DNA of 64,000 nucleotides from an uncultured Spirochaetota bacterium. GTDB taxonomy: Bacteria; Spirochaetota; Brevinematia; Brevinematales; JAOACQ01. The position numbers and the translations under genes were made by a program. Positions 27,967 through 37,154 of the stretch are shown piece by piece. The DNA lies in NCBI GenBank assembly GCA_963768055.1, contig CAVYGN010000001.1, forward strand, positions 1,024,001-1,088,000, given 5' to 3'. The notes beneath the pieces were generated by a model. It was not told the origin of the DNA. It did no database searches and worked only from the letters and a program-made list of their open reading frames with translations. Each line of letters begins with the position of its first letter. Within the stretch, counting starts at the first letter, position 1.

Positions 27967-28341
27967 GTGAAAGGGATTTTAGTTGCGATCTTTTCGGGGT
28001 TATTAGTTGTATCATTATGTGCATGCTCGGGAAAACCGGTGAGGCCGAATCAGGGATCAAACTTTTCCCAGACAAGGGGCCAGAATCAAAATCAGCTTAG
28101 ATACGAAAATAGTACTTTTAAAAATCCGGTCAATAATGCTTATCAAACAAGGACCTTCAGGAAGACCGGACCTATTTTCGGGCTCAATTTAAGAAAACTA
28201 TTTGGTTCTTTCAGGTTCAATATCAATGAAACTATAAGTGATAATTTCGCGGCGTTGATCGTTGTATTTGCAGTTCTTCTTGTTATAGGTTTCATTGTTT
28301 TTCAAAACCGCAGGAGTGTTAGAAAAGGCTCTTATCGTTAA
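27967..28341 (+). CDS. Small lipoprotein with a C-terminal TM helix
   Basis: Lipobox LCA-C, N/Q-rich linker, C-terminal hydrophobic helix followed by a basic tail. Confidence 0.55.
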   Translation: MKGILVAIFSGLLVVSLCACSGKPVRPNQGSNFSQTRGQNQNQLRYENSTFKNPVNNAYQTRTFRKTGPIFGLNLRKLFGSFRFNINETISDNFAALIVVFAVLLVIGFIVFQNRRSVRKGSYR

Positions 28342-28354
28342 GAGATTCTAAGAA

Positions 28355-29842
28355 ATGATTCTTGAGAGAAAGAGCGGAATTTTACTTCACCCTACATCGC
28401 TTCCTGGAATATTCGGTATCGGGGCTCTTGGTAATAATGCCTTTGAATTTGTCGATTTCTTATCGGAATGCGGTATTGCTCTATGGCAGATATGCCCCCT
28501 CGGTCCTACAGGTTATGGTGATTCTCCTTATCAATGTTTCTCCGCATTCGCGGGAAACCCTCTATTGATAGATATTGAAAAGCTGGTCAATCAGGGTTTA
28601 CTTCTTGAAAAGGACCTGAATATTGAAATGAATTTTGATGAAGATAATATTGATTTTGGAAAGGTTCTTCAGTATAAAATTCCCCTGTTAAAAAAGGCGG
28701 GTGAAAATTTTTATCATGATAAAAACGCCTCTTCCGGCAGGGATTTTTCTTTTTACTGTGAAAAACAATCTTTCTGGCTGGATGATTATTCGCTTTTCAT
28801 GGCTTTAAAAAATTTTCATGGGGGGACTGGCTGGTCAACATGGAAAAATGAATATAAAAACAAAAACCCCGAAGAAATAAACATTTTCAGGAAAAAATAT
28901 AAAGAAGAAATACTTTTCCATAAATTTATACAATATACATTCTACAGACAATGGAAAGATTTAAAAACATACGCCAATGAAAAAAATATTTCGATCATAG
29001 GCGATATTCCCCTGTTTGTCTCTTTTGACAGCGCTGATGCATGGGCTCATCCGGAATATTTTCAATTTGACTCTTCACTGGAACCCTTAAAAGTAGCCGG
29101 AGTTCCCCCGGACTATTTCAGTTCAACCGGACAGCTATGGGGAAATCCGCTCTATGACTGGAAAAAACTTAAAGACTTAAAATATGAATGGTGGTTAAAA
29201 CGCCTGAAAATAAACTTTGAATTGTATGATCTTGTAAGGCTGGACCATTTCAGGGGTTTTGCGGCATACTGGGCGGTCCCTTACGGTGATAAAACTGCAG
29301 TAAATGGAAAATGGGAGAATGGTCCTGGGGGAGATTTTTTTAAAGCTATGGGAAAAACAATAGGTAAATTGCCGATAATAGCGGAGGATCTGGGGGTAAT
29401 AACACCTGATGTGGAACGTTTAAGAGATGATTTCGGATTTCCCGGTATGAAAGTGCTTCAATTTGCGTTCGATGAAGGCCCAGACAACCCTTATCTGCCG
29501 CATAATTATGCATCTAACGCAGTAGTTTATACCGGTACGCATGATAATGATACAATTAGGGGCTGGTATGAGAAATTGAAACCGGATATCAGATTATTTA
29601 TTAACGATTACATTGATCTTCAAGACAGAGAAATAAATTGGGGGCTTATAAGGCTCGCCTGGTCATCGAATGCGGCTTTTGCTGTAACACCTCTTCAGGA
29701 CGTGCTGGGGCTCGGCAGCGAGGGCAGGCTGAATATTCCGGGAACGGCGTCCGGCAACTGGCGATGGAGGTATAGAAAAGGGGCAATCGACGGCGAAATA
29801 AAAGCGAAACTGCAGCGGCTCAATTACCTGTATGGCAGATGA
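28355..29842 (+). CDS. malQ: 4-alpha-glucanotransferase (amylomaltase, GH77)
   Basis: SGILLHPTSLPG, DSPYQ, GVPPDYFS.TGQLWGNP, RLDHFRGF, IIAEDLG and YTGTHDNDT motifs. Confidence 0.97.
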   Translation: MILERKSGILLHPTSLPGIFGIGALGNNAFEFVDFLSECGIALWQICPLGPTGYGDSPYQCFSAFAGNPLLIDIEKLVNQGLLLEKDLNIEMNFDEDNIDFGKVLQYKIPLLKKAGENFYHDKNASSGRDFSFYCEKQSFWLDDYSLFMALKNFHGGTGWSTWKNEYKNKNPEEINIFRKKYKEEILFHKFIQYTFYRQWKDLKTYANEKNISIIGDIPLFVSFDSADAWAHPEYFQFDSSLEPLKVAGVPPDYFSSTGQLWGNPLYDWKKLKDLKYEWWLKRLKINFELYDLVRLDHFRGFAAYWAVPYGDKTAVNGKWENGPGGDFFKAMGKTIGKLPIIAEDLGVITPDVERLRDDFGFPGMKVLQFAFDEGPDNPYLPHNYASNAVVYTGTHDNDTIRGWYEKLKPDIRLFINDYIDLQDREINWGLIRLAWSSNAAFAVTPLQDVLGLGSEGRLNIPGTASGNWRWRYRKGAIDGEIKAKLQRLNYLYGR

Positions 29843-29876
29843 GTATCTCCGACTGGTTTGCAAGGGATAAAATCCT

Positions 29877-30731
29877 TTATTTTTTTTTCTTTACTTTTAC
29901 TTCAATGACTTCAGGTTCTTCCCCTGTTTCAATGATCTCTTCTTTTGGAACTTTATGAGTTTTAGTAGCTTTTTGAGGAGCTGGAGCGTTTTCATGATCT
30001 ATAAGCCATGATTTATAATATAAATACCGGAAACAATGGGGGCATTGATAGATATCGATATTTTCCGATTTCAGGTCTTCTCCCAGCTCTCCCTGAAGGT
30101 TAGTCGGGAGGACTGTATAACAGCCGGCGCAAGCGTCCTGTTCAACTTCGACAATAGCCGTTCCGCCGGTCTTTTTGATAAGCGACTCGTAATATTCAAT
30201 GAACTGAAGATCGAATTCAGCCCTTAATTTATTCTGGTCTTTTTGAGTTTTATCAAGTTCTTTTTTATATTCTTTTTTAATGGAATTTATGTGTTCGTCA
30301 AGTTCGGAAATTTTGGTATCGTTTTCTAATATTTTAAAGCTGATCTTTTCAAGTTCGACTTTCATTTCAAGTTGTTTGGCCGTATCGTAATCGATCTGGG
30401 CCTGAATCAGGGACAACTCCTGCTGCTGCTTTTCCATTTCTTTTTCCCAGGATTTGATCTGCCGGGCTATCTTTATCTTATCTTTGCCATCGTCAAGGCT
30501 TTTAATGCGTTTATTGATTTCGTCCCTTTTGCCCAGTTCCTCGTTTATTTTTTTGTTCATTTCATTGATATTCGTCTGTATTTCATTACTTGATGTAAGA
30601 AGGCCTTCGTTTTCAAGTTTGACCTTATCCATCTTTTTTTCTTCTTCGGAATAAAGGTTCTTGATTTCATTTTCTCTGTTATACAAGACCTGTAATTGAA
30701 CCAGGTTTTTTATTCTTGTAATATTCTCCAT
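29877..30731 (-). CDS. Coiled-coil plus C4 zinc-ribbon protein (CT398/HP0958-like)
   Basis: Long coiled coil followed by CAGC...CPHC. True start is MENITRI at 30731 with an AAGGAG RBS; the track's extension to 30818 runs into the tRNA. Confidence 0.85.
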   Translation of the reverse strand: MENITRIKNLVQLQVLYNRENEIKNLYSEEEKKMDKVKLENEGLLTSSNEIQTNINEMNKKINEELGKRDEINKRIKSLDDGKDKIKIARQIKSWEKEMEKQQQELSLIQAQIDYDTAKQLEMKVELEKISFKILENDTKISELDEHINSIKKEYKKELDKTQKDQNKLRAEFDLQFIEYYESLIKKTGGTAIVEVEQDACAGCYTVLPTNLQGELGEDLKSENIDIYQCPHCFRYLYYKSWLIDHENAPAPQKATKTHKVPKEEIIETGEEPEVIEVKVKKKK

Positions 30732-30786
30732 TTTAACTCCTTGATAAGATGGGATTCTGGTGCATGAGTATCGATCTTTAAAGATA

Positions 30787-30860
30787 TGGGCCCACCTGGG
30801 CTCGAACCAGGGACCCACTGATTATGAGTCAGTTGCTCTAACCGGCTGAGCTATGGGCCC
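30787..30860 (-). tRNA. tRNA with CAT anticodon, most likely tRNA-Ile2 (lysidine); CCA not encoded
   Basis: GGGCCCATAGCTCAGCCGGTTAGAGCAACTGACTCATAATCAGTGGGTCCCTGGTTCGAGCCCAGGTGGGCCCA folds as a cloverleaf. C4-G69 and C5-G68 pairs favour Ile2 over Met, and G1-C72 argues against an initiator. Confidence 0.92.
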
Positions 30861-30900
30861 TAAAAATACTTAAATATTTTAATTTCTAATAGTGTTTTAG

Positions 30901-32442
30901 TCAAATTATATCGGAAAAATTTAATATCCTGTCTAATATCCTGTATTGAAGAGCCTCGCTTAAATGGTAGTCTTCGATCCCTTTATTTTCATTCAGATCC
31001 GCTATTGTTCTTGAGATTTTCAGAATTTTGTCATATGCCCTTATAGAAAGCATGAATTTTTCCATTGCAAGTTTAAGCAGTCTTTCCCCTGAGGCAGAAG
31101 GTACGCAAAATTTTGATATTAATTTGTGAGGCATCTGGGAATTAGTATAAAGACCGTATTTTAAGAGCCTCTCCCGTTGGATATTCCTTGCATTGACAAC
31201 CCTTTTTCTGATTTCTGCCGAATTCTCCGGGGGAGAACCCGTCCGTATCTGGTCGAATTTTATTCTCGGGACCTGGACCTGGATATCAATGCGGTCAAAA
31301 AGAGGGCCGGAAATTTTTTTGTAAACGGTGAGAATATCTCTTGCGTCCCATTGATCAATGTCGTTATTATTATTTGAAGGATTAAGAGCAGCTATAAGCA
31401 TAAAGTTTCCCGGAAATTCAACCGATGCCTCGGCGCGGGAAATAGTAATTTTTCTATCCTCGAGAGGCTGTCTCAGGCATTGAAGAACATTGGTTTTAAA
31501 TAGCTGGAATTCATCAAGAAAAAGGACTCCGTTATGGGCCAGGCTTATCTCGCCCGGTTTTATAAATCTCCCCCCTCCGATAATTGAAGCATCCGATGCA
31601 GTGTGGTGAGGGGTCCTGAACGGCCTGTCGACAATCAGAGGCTGTTTCTGGCTCGTCATTCCGGCAACGCTGTAAATCATTGTTGTCTCGAGGGCTTCTT
31701 CAAGGGTCATCTTCGGTAAGATAGTCGGAATACGCTTGGCAAGCATTGTTTTACCGGTTCCGGGAGGGCCGATCAGGATGGCGTTATGCCCGCCGGCAGA
31801 ACATATCTCAACTGCCCTCTTGGCGGATTCCTGGCCTACAATATCGGACATATCCGGTTTAATTTCAGGGCCGCAGGGATTATCCGGGAAGGATATTTCA
31901 GTTTTATATTCGTTTTTAGGGCAGGGGCTTATCTGTTTCGAGCCGTCTAAATAATTTATAGCGTCTTTAAGATTTGAGACTGGAATTACATTAACGGAGC
32001 CGATTATAGACATCTCGGAAGCGTTATCTGAAGGGCAGAGTATTTTTTCGAAACCCATCTGGCCGGCCTTGAGAGCGATGGGCAAAGCGCCTGAGATGGG
32101 CCGAAGGCGGCCGTCAAGGGATAATTCACCGGTAATAATGTACCGGTCGAGATCTTTAAGCGCAAACTGCTCGTTCAATATCCCGATTGCGATAGCCAGG
32201 TCGAAAATCGCGCCTGTTTTTTTAAGCCCGGCAGGGGCCAGGTTCACGATTATTCTTTTTCCGGGAAAATGAAACCCGGAATTCTGGATCGCGGCTTCAA
32301 TTCTTCTGGTCGATCCCTTAACAGCCGATTCAACCATGCCAACTATCTCAAACTCGGGGACTTTTGTCCGTATATCGACTTCAATCTCGATCGGAATCGT
32401 TTTGAGTCCGCAAAAAGAGATGGAAAAGAGTTTGCTGACCAT
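30901..32442 (-). CDS. comM: YifB/ComM Mg-chelatase-like AAA+ ATPase
   Basis: RIIVNLAPA, FDLAIA, GELSLDG, GPPGTGKT, PFRTPHHTAS, PGEISLAHNGVLFLDE, LRQPLE and RTIADL motifs. Confidence 0.93.
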   Translation of the reverse strand: MVSKLFSISFCGLKTIPIEIEVDIRTKVPEFEIVGMVESAVKGSTRRIEAAIQNSGFHFPGKRIIVNLAPAGLKKTGAIFDLAIAIGILNEQFALKDLDRYIITGELSLDGRLRPISGALPIALKAGQMGFEKILCPSDNASEMSIIGSVNVIPVSNLKDAINYLDGSKQISPCPKNEYKTEISFPDNPCGPEIKPDMSDIVGQESAKRAVEICSAGGHNAILIGPPGTGKTMLAKRIPTILPKMTLEEALETTMIYSVAGMTSQKQPLIVDRPFRTPHHTASDASIIGGGRFIKPGEISLAHNGVLFLDEFQLFKTNVLQCLRQPLEDRKITISRAEASVEFPGNFMLIAALNPSNNNNDIDQWDARDILTVYKKISGPLFDRIDIQVQVPRIKFDQIRTGSPPENSAEIRKRVVNARNIQRERLLKYGLYTNSQMPHKLISKFCVPSASGERLLKLAMEKFMLSIRAYDKILKISRTIADLNENKGIEDYHLSEALQYRILDRILNFSDII

Positions 32443-32654
32443 GGCCGTTCCTCCGGAATCCCCAATCGAAACCCCATGAAAGCCATAATACCATGAATTT
32501 GTTAAATGTGGTCATGATCTTATAAAAATAAAAATAAATATATTTAACAATTTTAAACAAGAAATAAGACAAGATAAACGAATAGAAAGCAGAAAATATG
32601 CATTTTTTTATGAGGTAGTCATTTCGACCGAATGGTTTACCCCCGAATTAAAGA

Positions 32655-32908
32655 CAATATACGACTCAAATTGAAGTAAATTTTTTCCGTGGCCTTATGA
32701 GACAGCGTAGAGCCACAAGGCGAAAAACAGTATAGCAAGTGCTATCCAAGGCTATTTAATTAATTCAACTAATACTTGCTGATAATAAAAAATCTTTTAT
32801 TAAAAAAGAATTCAATCAGCGCTTGCTGCTGTTTTGAGCCTTCTAGCGGCTCAAGCTGTCGAATACTGCGCGGAAAAAATTTTACTTCATAAAGAGATCT
32901 GCATATTG
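32655..32908. repeat. ~254-bp long imperfect inverted-repeat element (MITE/REP-like or structured RNA)
   Basis: Arms 32655-32743 and 32818-32908 pair in blocks: CAATAT, TGAAGTAAA, TTTTTTCCG, GACAGC, GAGCC, AAGGC, AAAACAG, AGCAAG. Confidence 0.75.
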
Positions 32909-32919
32909 ATCTGGTCGGC

Positions 32920-34195
32920 CTACACCCACAACAATTCATTCCAGTCGGTAGTAAACCTCCTGGAGAGGAAATTCCGCCGCATGGCCCATCTGTGATAACG
33001 CCCCATGCCGCCCTGCACCGTATATTTGCCGTATTTCCGGTTCAGGTTGTCCAGCGTGTTCATCAGGCTCTTTTCCTTCTCGATTTTTGCCATGTCCGCG
33101 AATAGAAGTCCGTCCCGGGCGTTTTCCGGGACAATCCGGCTTAAGACCACCCCCGTCTTTTTGTACCGGTAGCCCTCTTTATAAATTTTTTTGAGCCCGG
33201 CCGCCGCGTATTCCCTTAAGTCGGGCGTATAGGCCGTGGGTTCGGGCAGCTTAATCGCGATCGAATTGTGGTACTGCGGCTCGGATTCCTTGAAGTGGTT
33301 GGTGTTGATAAAAACCTGGATTTCGGAGGCAAGGGAATTCTGAGAGCGTAATTTTTCCGCGCTCCGGCCTACATAGTTTGCCAGGGCTTCTGAAAGCGCG
33401 TCAAAATCCTCGACCGGAGTGCCGAAACTACGGGATGTAACGATCTGTTTTTTATCCGGTCTGACCGTTTCCGGCGGAATGCAGGATGTTCCCCTTAGCT
33501 CCCAGACGGTTCTCAGGCCGACCACGCCCCCGAGGTTCTTCCTTGTCCATGTGTCATCCAGGTATTTCAGATCCAGGGCAGTCATTATCCCTTTCTTATA
33601 GAGTTTATGCGAATTCTGAAATCCTATCCCCCAGACATCCTCGGCCTTGATTTTTTCGAGGCAGGAATCGATGTTCCTGTTGTCCGTCAAATCCATGACG
33701 CCTTGATATTCTTTGTTCTTTTTCGCGAACCTGTTTGCGATCTTGGCCAGCGTCATGGTCCGTGATATGCCGATCGATACCGGTATGCCGGTCCACTTTT
33801 TAACGGTGTCTTTAATCCTTTTTCCATATTCCGCGAGATCGACATTAAGGCCGTCAAGGCGCAGGAAAGCCTCGTCGATCGAATAATACTCCACTTCAGG
33901 AGAAAACCGGCCGACGACCTCCATGACCCTTTGCGACATGTCGGCGTAGAGCGTGTAATTCGAAGAAAGGACAGCCACGTCATGCTTTAGGGCGAGCTGT
34001 TTTACCTTGAATATGGGGGTCCCCACTTTCATACCCAAAGCCTTGGCCTCGTTGGATAAAGCCACAGCGCATCCGTCGTTGTTGGATAGTATCACCGGGC
34101 CTGTTTATAAGGCCCGGTGAAAATACGCGTTCACAGGATGCGTAGAAGTTGTTGCAGTCTACCAGCGCGAATATTTTTTTATCCGAATTATCCAT
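32920..34195 (-). pseudogene. umuC: DNA polymerase V subunit UmuC, frameshifted after about codon 33
   Basis: N-terminal FALVDCNNFYASCERVF (start 34195) is in a different frame from VILSNNDGC...SSNYTLYADMS...YSIDEAF...SRSFG...WAMRR. Confidence 0.88.
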
Positions 34196-34856
34196 TAAAT
34201 TCCACTCCTGTCCGGACAATGTATTCCGGCTTGTTGTCCCGCGTTGAATTTACCTCGCCGGTCACCGCGTATGCCTCCATCTCTTCCGCCGGGTAAGGCT
34301 TTAGAAATGAAAGAAGGCGTTCCCTCTCGAAATGCCCGTTGTCCAGCCATGCGTCCCAGCTTGTCTTCGGAAGGATCGCCGGCATGCGCTTCTTATCGTG
34401 TATGATCTCGAGGAGGGAATTGGCCGCCGTCGTTACAATAGCGCAGGAGGCGCCCTCTTCGAGAACGCTGAATAATCCGGCCAGAGCCATGGGCTCGCCG
34501 CTCTTCAGATGGATGTAGAAAGGCTGCCTGCCGTCGGTTTTATGCCATTCGAAAAAGCCGTCCGCCGGAATTATGCAGCGGTTAAGCCGGAAATTTTCAT
34601 CGAATGTCTCTTTCGTACGGAGGGTGTCGTCGCGTACGTTGATCAGGGAGTAGCTTTTCCCACGGGACCATACCGTGACAAGCTGCCATTTGAGCGGTAC
34701 GATCTTTCTTTCCTCCTCTTTAATGATCGCCCTGATTGTCAGAGAGGGCGCCGCATTATAATAAAAGGGCAGGTCCGGAGCTTTATCATTGGCATCTTTT
34801 ATTTCAAACGTCTCTTTGATCTTTTTCGGATTGAACTGGGCGAATCTTCCGCACAT
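34188..34856 (-). CDS. SRAP/HMCES (YedK-like) abasic-site protecting protein
   Basis: Start re-assigned to MCGRF at 34856 (catalytic Cys2); YNAAP, RCIIPADGFFEW, IHDKKRMPAIL and VNS motifs. Confidence 0.92.
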   Translation of the reverse strand: MCGRFAQFNPKKIKETFEIKDANDKAPDLPFYYNAAPSLTIRAIIKEEERKIVPLKWQLVTVWSRGKSYSLINVRDDTLRTKETFDENFRLNRCIIPADGFFEWHKTDGRQPFYIHLKSGEPMALAGLFSVLEEGASCAIVTTAANSLLEIIHDKKRMPAILPKTSWDAWLDNGHFERERLLSFLKPYPAEEMEAYAVTGEVNSTRDNKPEYIVRTGVEFNG

Positions 34857-34858
34857 CT

Positions 34859-35329
34859 TTAAACCGCCTCTTTTATAATATAAGTCAGAACGCCCCAAAC
34901 ATCAAACTGCATCTCTTCGCTTATTTCAATTGTCTTGTAATCGTCGGAGTCGGATTCGGGTACAAGGTAATATTTTCCCCTGTCTATCCTGAGGCGCTTC
35001 ACGGTAAACTCGCCGTCCAGTACGGCGAGGACTATGCTTTCGTTACCGGCGTCCAGGGCTTTATCGAAAATGAGCAGATCGCCCATGCCGATCCCGGCCT
35101 TTACCATCGAGTTGCCGCCGGCCCGGCAGTAAAAGGTCGCGGCCGGATGCTTGATCAGGTATTCGTTAAGATCGAGCCTCGTTTCAATGTAGTCTTCCGC
35201 AGGGCTGGGAAATCCCGCCGATAACCTGGTCTGGTAAAGGGGCAGTTTCATCTTTTTTTCAGAAGAGGCGATATAAATCTCTGAAATATCGCCGGGTTTG
35301 ATCTTGCCCGGCATCTTCGGTTTTTTCAT
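34859..35329 (-). CDS. umuD: DNA polymerase V subunit UmuD (S24 peptidase)
   Basis: LSAGFPSPAEDY, LDLNEYLIKHPAATF, GNSM (Ser) and FTVKRL (Lys). Confidence 0.95.
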   Translation of the reverse strand: MKKPKMPGKIKPGDISEIYIASSEKKMKLPLYQTRLSAGFPSPAEDYIETRLDLNEYLIKHPAATFYCRAGGNSMVKAGIGMGDLLIFDKALDAGNESIVLAVLDGEFTVKRLRIDRGKYYLVPESDSDDYKTIEISEEMQFDVWGVLTYIIKEAV

Positions 35330-35351
35330 GGCACCCCCGTTTCATCAGATT

Positions 35352-35380
35352 AGTATAAACCCGGATAAAATAATAATCAA
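35352..35380 (-). promoter_or_regulatory. Sigma70 promoter of umuD-SRAP-umuC
   Basis: Minus strand TTGATT-17 bp-TATACT. Confidence 0.5.
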
Positions 35381-35503
35381 AAGGAAATATTTTATTGAGA
35401 CCCGGGTTTCACCGCTATTGATTTATTTCATTCATTATTTTAATATAATTGCATTCTTCACGTTTACGGCCTTCGGATAGTCATTTGAATATGGGGCGGC
35501 AAC

Positions 35504-36436
35504 ATGAAAATAGACAGACTTCTCTCCATTATAATCCTCCTGTTGAACCGGGACCGGGTCAGTGCGGAAGAATTAGCTGCCAGATTTGAGGTTACCGTGC
35601 GGACGATATACCGTGATATGGAGGCTATCGGCGCCGCAGGCATTCCTCTCTTTTCATTTCCGGGAAAGTCCGGAGGATACGGTATCCTGGAAAATTACCG
35701 GATAGACCGCCAGGTTTTGAACATGGACGAAATCCTGTCGATTATGAGCGCTCTCCGGGGAGCCGGCAGGACTTTTGACGACAGTCAGTCCGTCATGGCG
35801 CTGGAAAAGATCAGGAGCCTTCTTCCCAGGGAAGGAAGGGAGAAACTGGAATTGAAATCGGGGCAGGTTGTCTACGATTCGTTTCCCTGGGGCGGGGAAA
35901 TGAAGCTGTCCCGGACAATCAAAACCGTTTACCAGGCGATAAAAGACACCAAACTTCTGAGTATTGTCTACAGGAATTGGAAAGAACAGACCCTTACAAG
36001 GGTAGTGGAACCGCTGACCCTTGTATTCAAGGGTTTCTCCTGGTATCTTTTCGCTTTTTGCCGGCTGAGGAAGGATTTCAGGTTCTTCAAATTATCCAGG
36101 ATAAGTAAAATCGTGCAGCTGGACGAAAGTTTCGAACCCCGCCAGGCTGATTACCGCAGCTATATAAAATTGGGCGAGGAAGTAAAATCGGGCCGCGAAT
36201 TCACGCTGAAATTCAGCGGTCAATCGGCGGGCAGGCTGGCCGAATATTTCGAGCCATCGCTGATAGAAACCTGTCCGGACGGTTCTGCGGTCGTCAGGAT
36301 AAATTATCCGGATCAGGACTGGGTCATAAGGTTTTTTTTAACGTTCGGGGAAGACCTTGAGGTTCTGGAACCTGAATCAGCCAGAAAAATGATGAGAAAA
36401 ATAGCCGGGAATATCCTGAAAAAATATCGGGAATAA
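35504..36436 (+). CDS. YafY-like HTH-WYL-WCX transcriptional regulator
   Basis: MKIDRLLSII, ELAARFEVTVRTIYRD, G.SGGY and R.VEPL.LVFKGFSWYL.AFC.LR.DFR.FKLSRI motifs. Confidence 0.95.
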   Translation: MKIDRLLSIIILLLNRDRVSAEELAARFEVTVRTIYRDMEAIGAAGIPLFSFPGKSGGYGILENYRIDRQVLNMDEILSIMSALRGAGRTFDDSQSVMALEKIRSLLPREGREKLELKSGQVVYDSFPWGGEMKLSRTIKTVYQAIKDTKLLSIVYRNWKEQTLTRVVEPLTLVFKGFSWYLFAFCRLRKDFRFFKLSRISKIVQLDESFEPRQADYRSYIKLGEEVKSGREFTLKFSGQSAGRLAEYFEPSLIETCPDGSAVVRINYPDQDWVIRFFLTFGEDLEVLEPESARKMMRKIAGNILKKYRE

Positions 36437-36442
36437 TTTTTT

Positions 36443-36481
36443 AACCCTGACATGCACCTGTCAGGGTTTCTCCTTTAAAAT
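36443..36481 (+). promoter_or_regulatory. Probable WYL-regulator operator plus -10 box for the GyrI-like gene
   Basis: Perfect IR AACCCTGACA-N6-TGTCAGGGTT (36443-36468). TAAAAT (36476-36481) lies 11 bp after TGTCAG. Confidence 0.65.
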
Positions 36482-36510
36482 GTGGACATAAAAGGAAAAG
36501 GAGGAATTTT

Positions 36511-37086
36511 ATGAAGTTGTTAATGCTGGTTTCTTTAGCGGCGGTACTGTTCGCATCTTGCGGGCCCGATCTGAAAAAGTTTGATGCGCTCAAAACCCCG
36601 GCGATCAGCGACAAGCCTTCCCGGAAAATGCTTGTGATGGAGATTCAAGGCGATCCTGCCAATCAGACAAAAGAAGTGGGAAAGCTGTTCCAGGTATATT
36701 TTAAACTTCAATTCAAGGGAAAAGGAGTGCCCTCTCCGAGGGCCAGATGGCCTAAGCCGTTTGACACGCCGAGAAGCGAATGGGTAGGATACTGGGCGCT
36801 GCCGGTCGGAGATGAAGTAACCGCCCTTCCCGCCGATGCCCCGTCGAATATGAGCCTGGAGATCTGGGATTACGGCAAAACGGCTGAAATTCTGCATGTG
36901 GGGCCGTATTCTACGGAGCTCCCTGATATCGAAACACTGCATAGTTTTATCAGCAACAGCGGCTATGTTATCGCCTCCCCCCATGAAGAAGAATATGTCG
37001 TAGGGCCTGGCATGTTCGGTCCGGGAAACCCTGAAAAGTATTATACGATCATTCGATATGGAGTTAAACCCGCTGCTAAAAAATAA
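36511..37086 (+). CDS. GyrI-like small-molecule-binding lipoprotein
   Basis: Lipobox LFAS-C; AEILHVGPY...LHSFI...GY...HEEEY...YTIIRY GyrI-like motifs; GGAGG RBS. Confidence 0.8.
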   Translation: MKLLMLVSLAAVLFASCGPDLKKFDALKTPAISDKPSRKMLVMEIQGDPANQTKEVGKLFQVYFKLQFKGKGVPSPRARWPKPFDTPRSEWVGYWALPVGDEVTALPADAPSNMSLEIWDYGKTAEILHVGPYSTELPDIETLHSFISNSGYVIASPHEEEYVVGPGMFGPGNPEKYYTIIRYGVKPAAKK

Positions 37087-37095
37087 AATATTTAT

Positions 37096-37130
37096 TCGGG
37101 GCCGTTTGAAAGGTCCCGGTTGTTTTTTTA
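37096..37130 (+). terminator. Probable Rho-independent terminator after the GyrI-like gene
   Basis: TCGGGGCC...GGTCCCGG stem (with G-U pairs) followed by TTGTTTTTT. Confidence 0.5.
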
Positions 37131-37154
37131 AGAATTTTTTAAGGAGGTTTCTGA

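Noticed and set aside
30732..30818. ORF-track N-terminal extension MGPWFEPRWAH of the zinc-ribbon protein
   Set aside because: It overlaps the tRNA T-arm, and the real RBS and ATG are at 30731.
30787..32442. tRNA or comM as an integration site for an island
   Set aside because: comM is uninterrupted, and no duplicated tRNA 3' end or integrase is visible.
32618..32635. GTCATTTCGACCGAATGG resembling a REP-type repeat start
   Set aside because: It is a single short fragment with no second copy in the window.
33980..34219. 79-aa ORF as an independent gene
   Set aside because: It is the out-of-frame N-terminus of umuC.
34857..34898. SRAP start at 34898
   Set aside because: SRAP needs Cys at position 2, and MCGRF begins at 34856.
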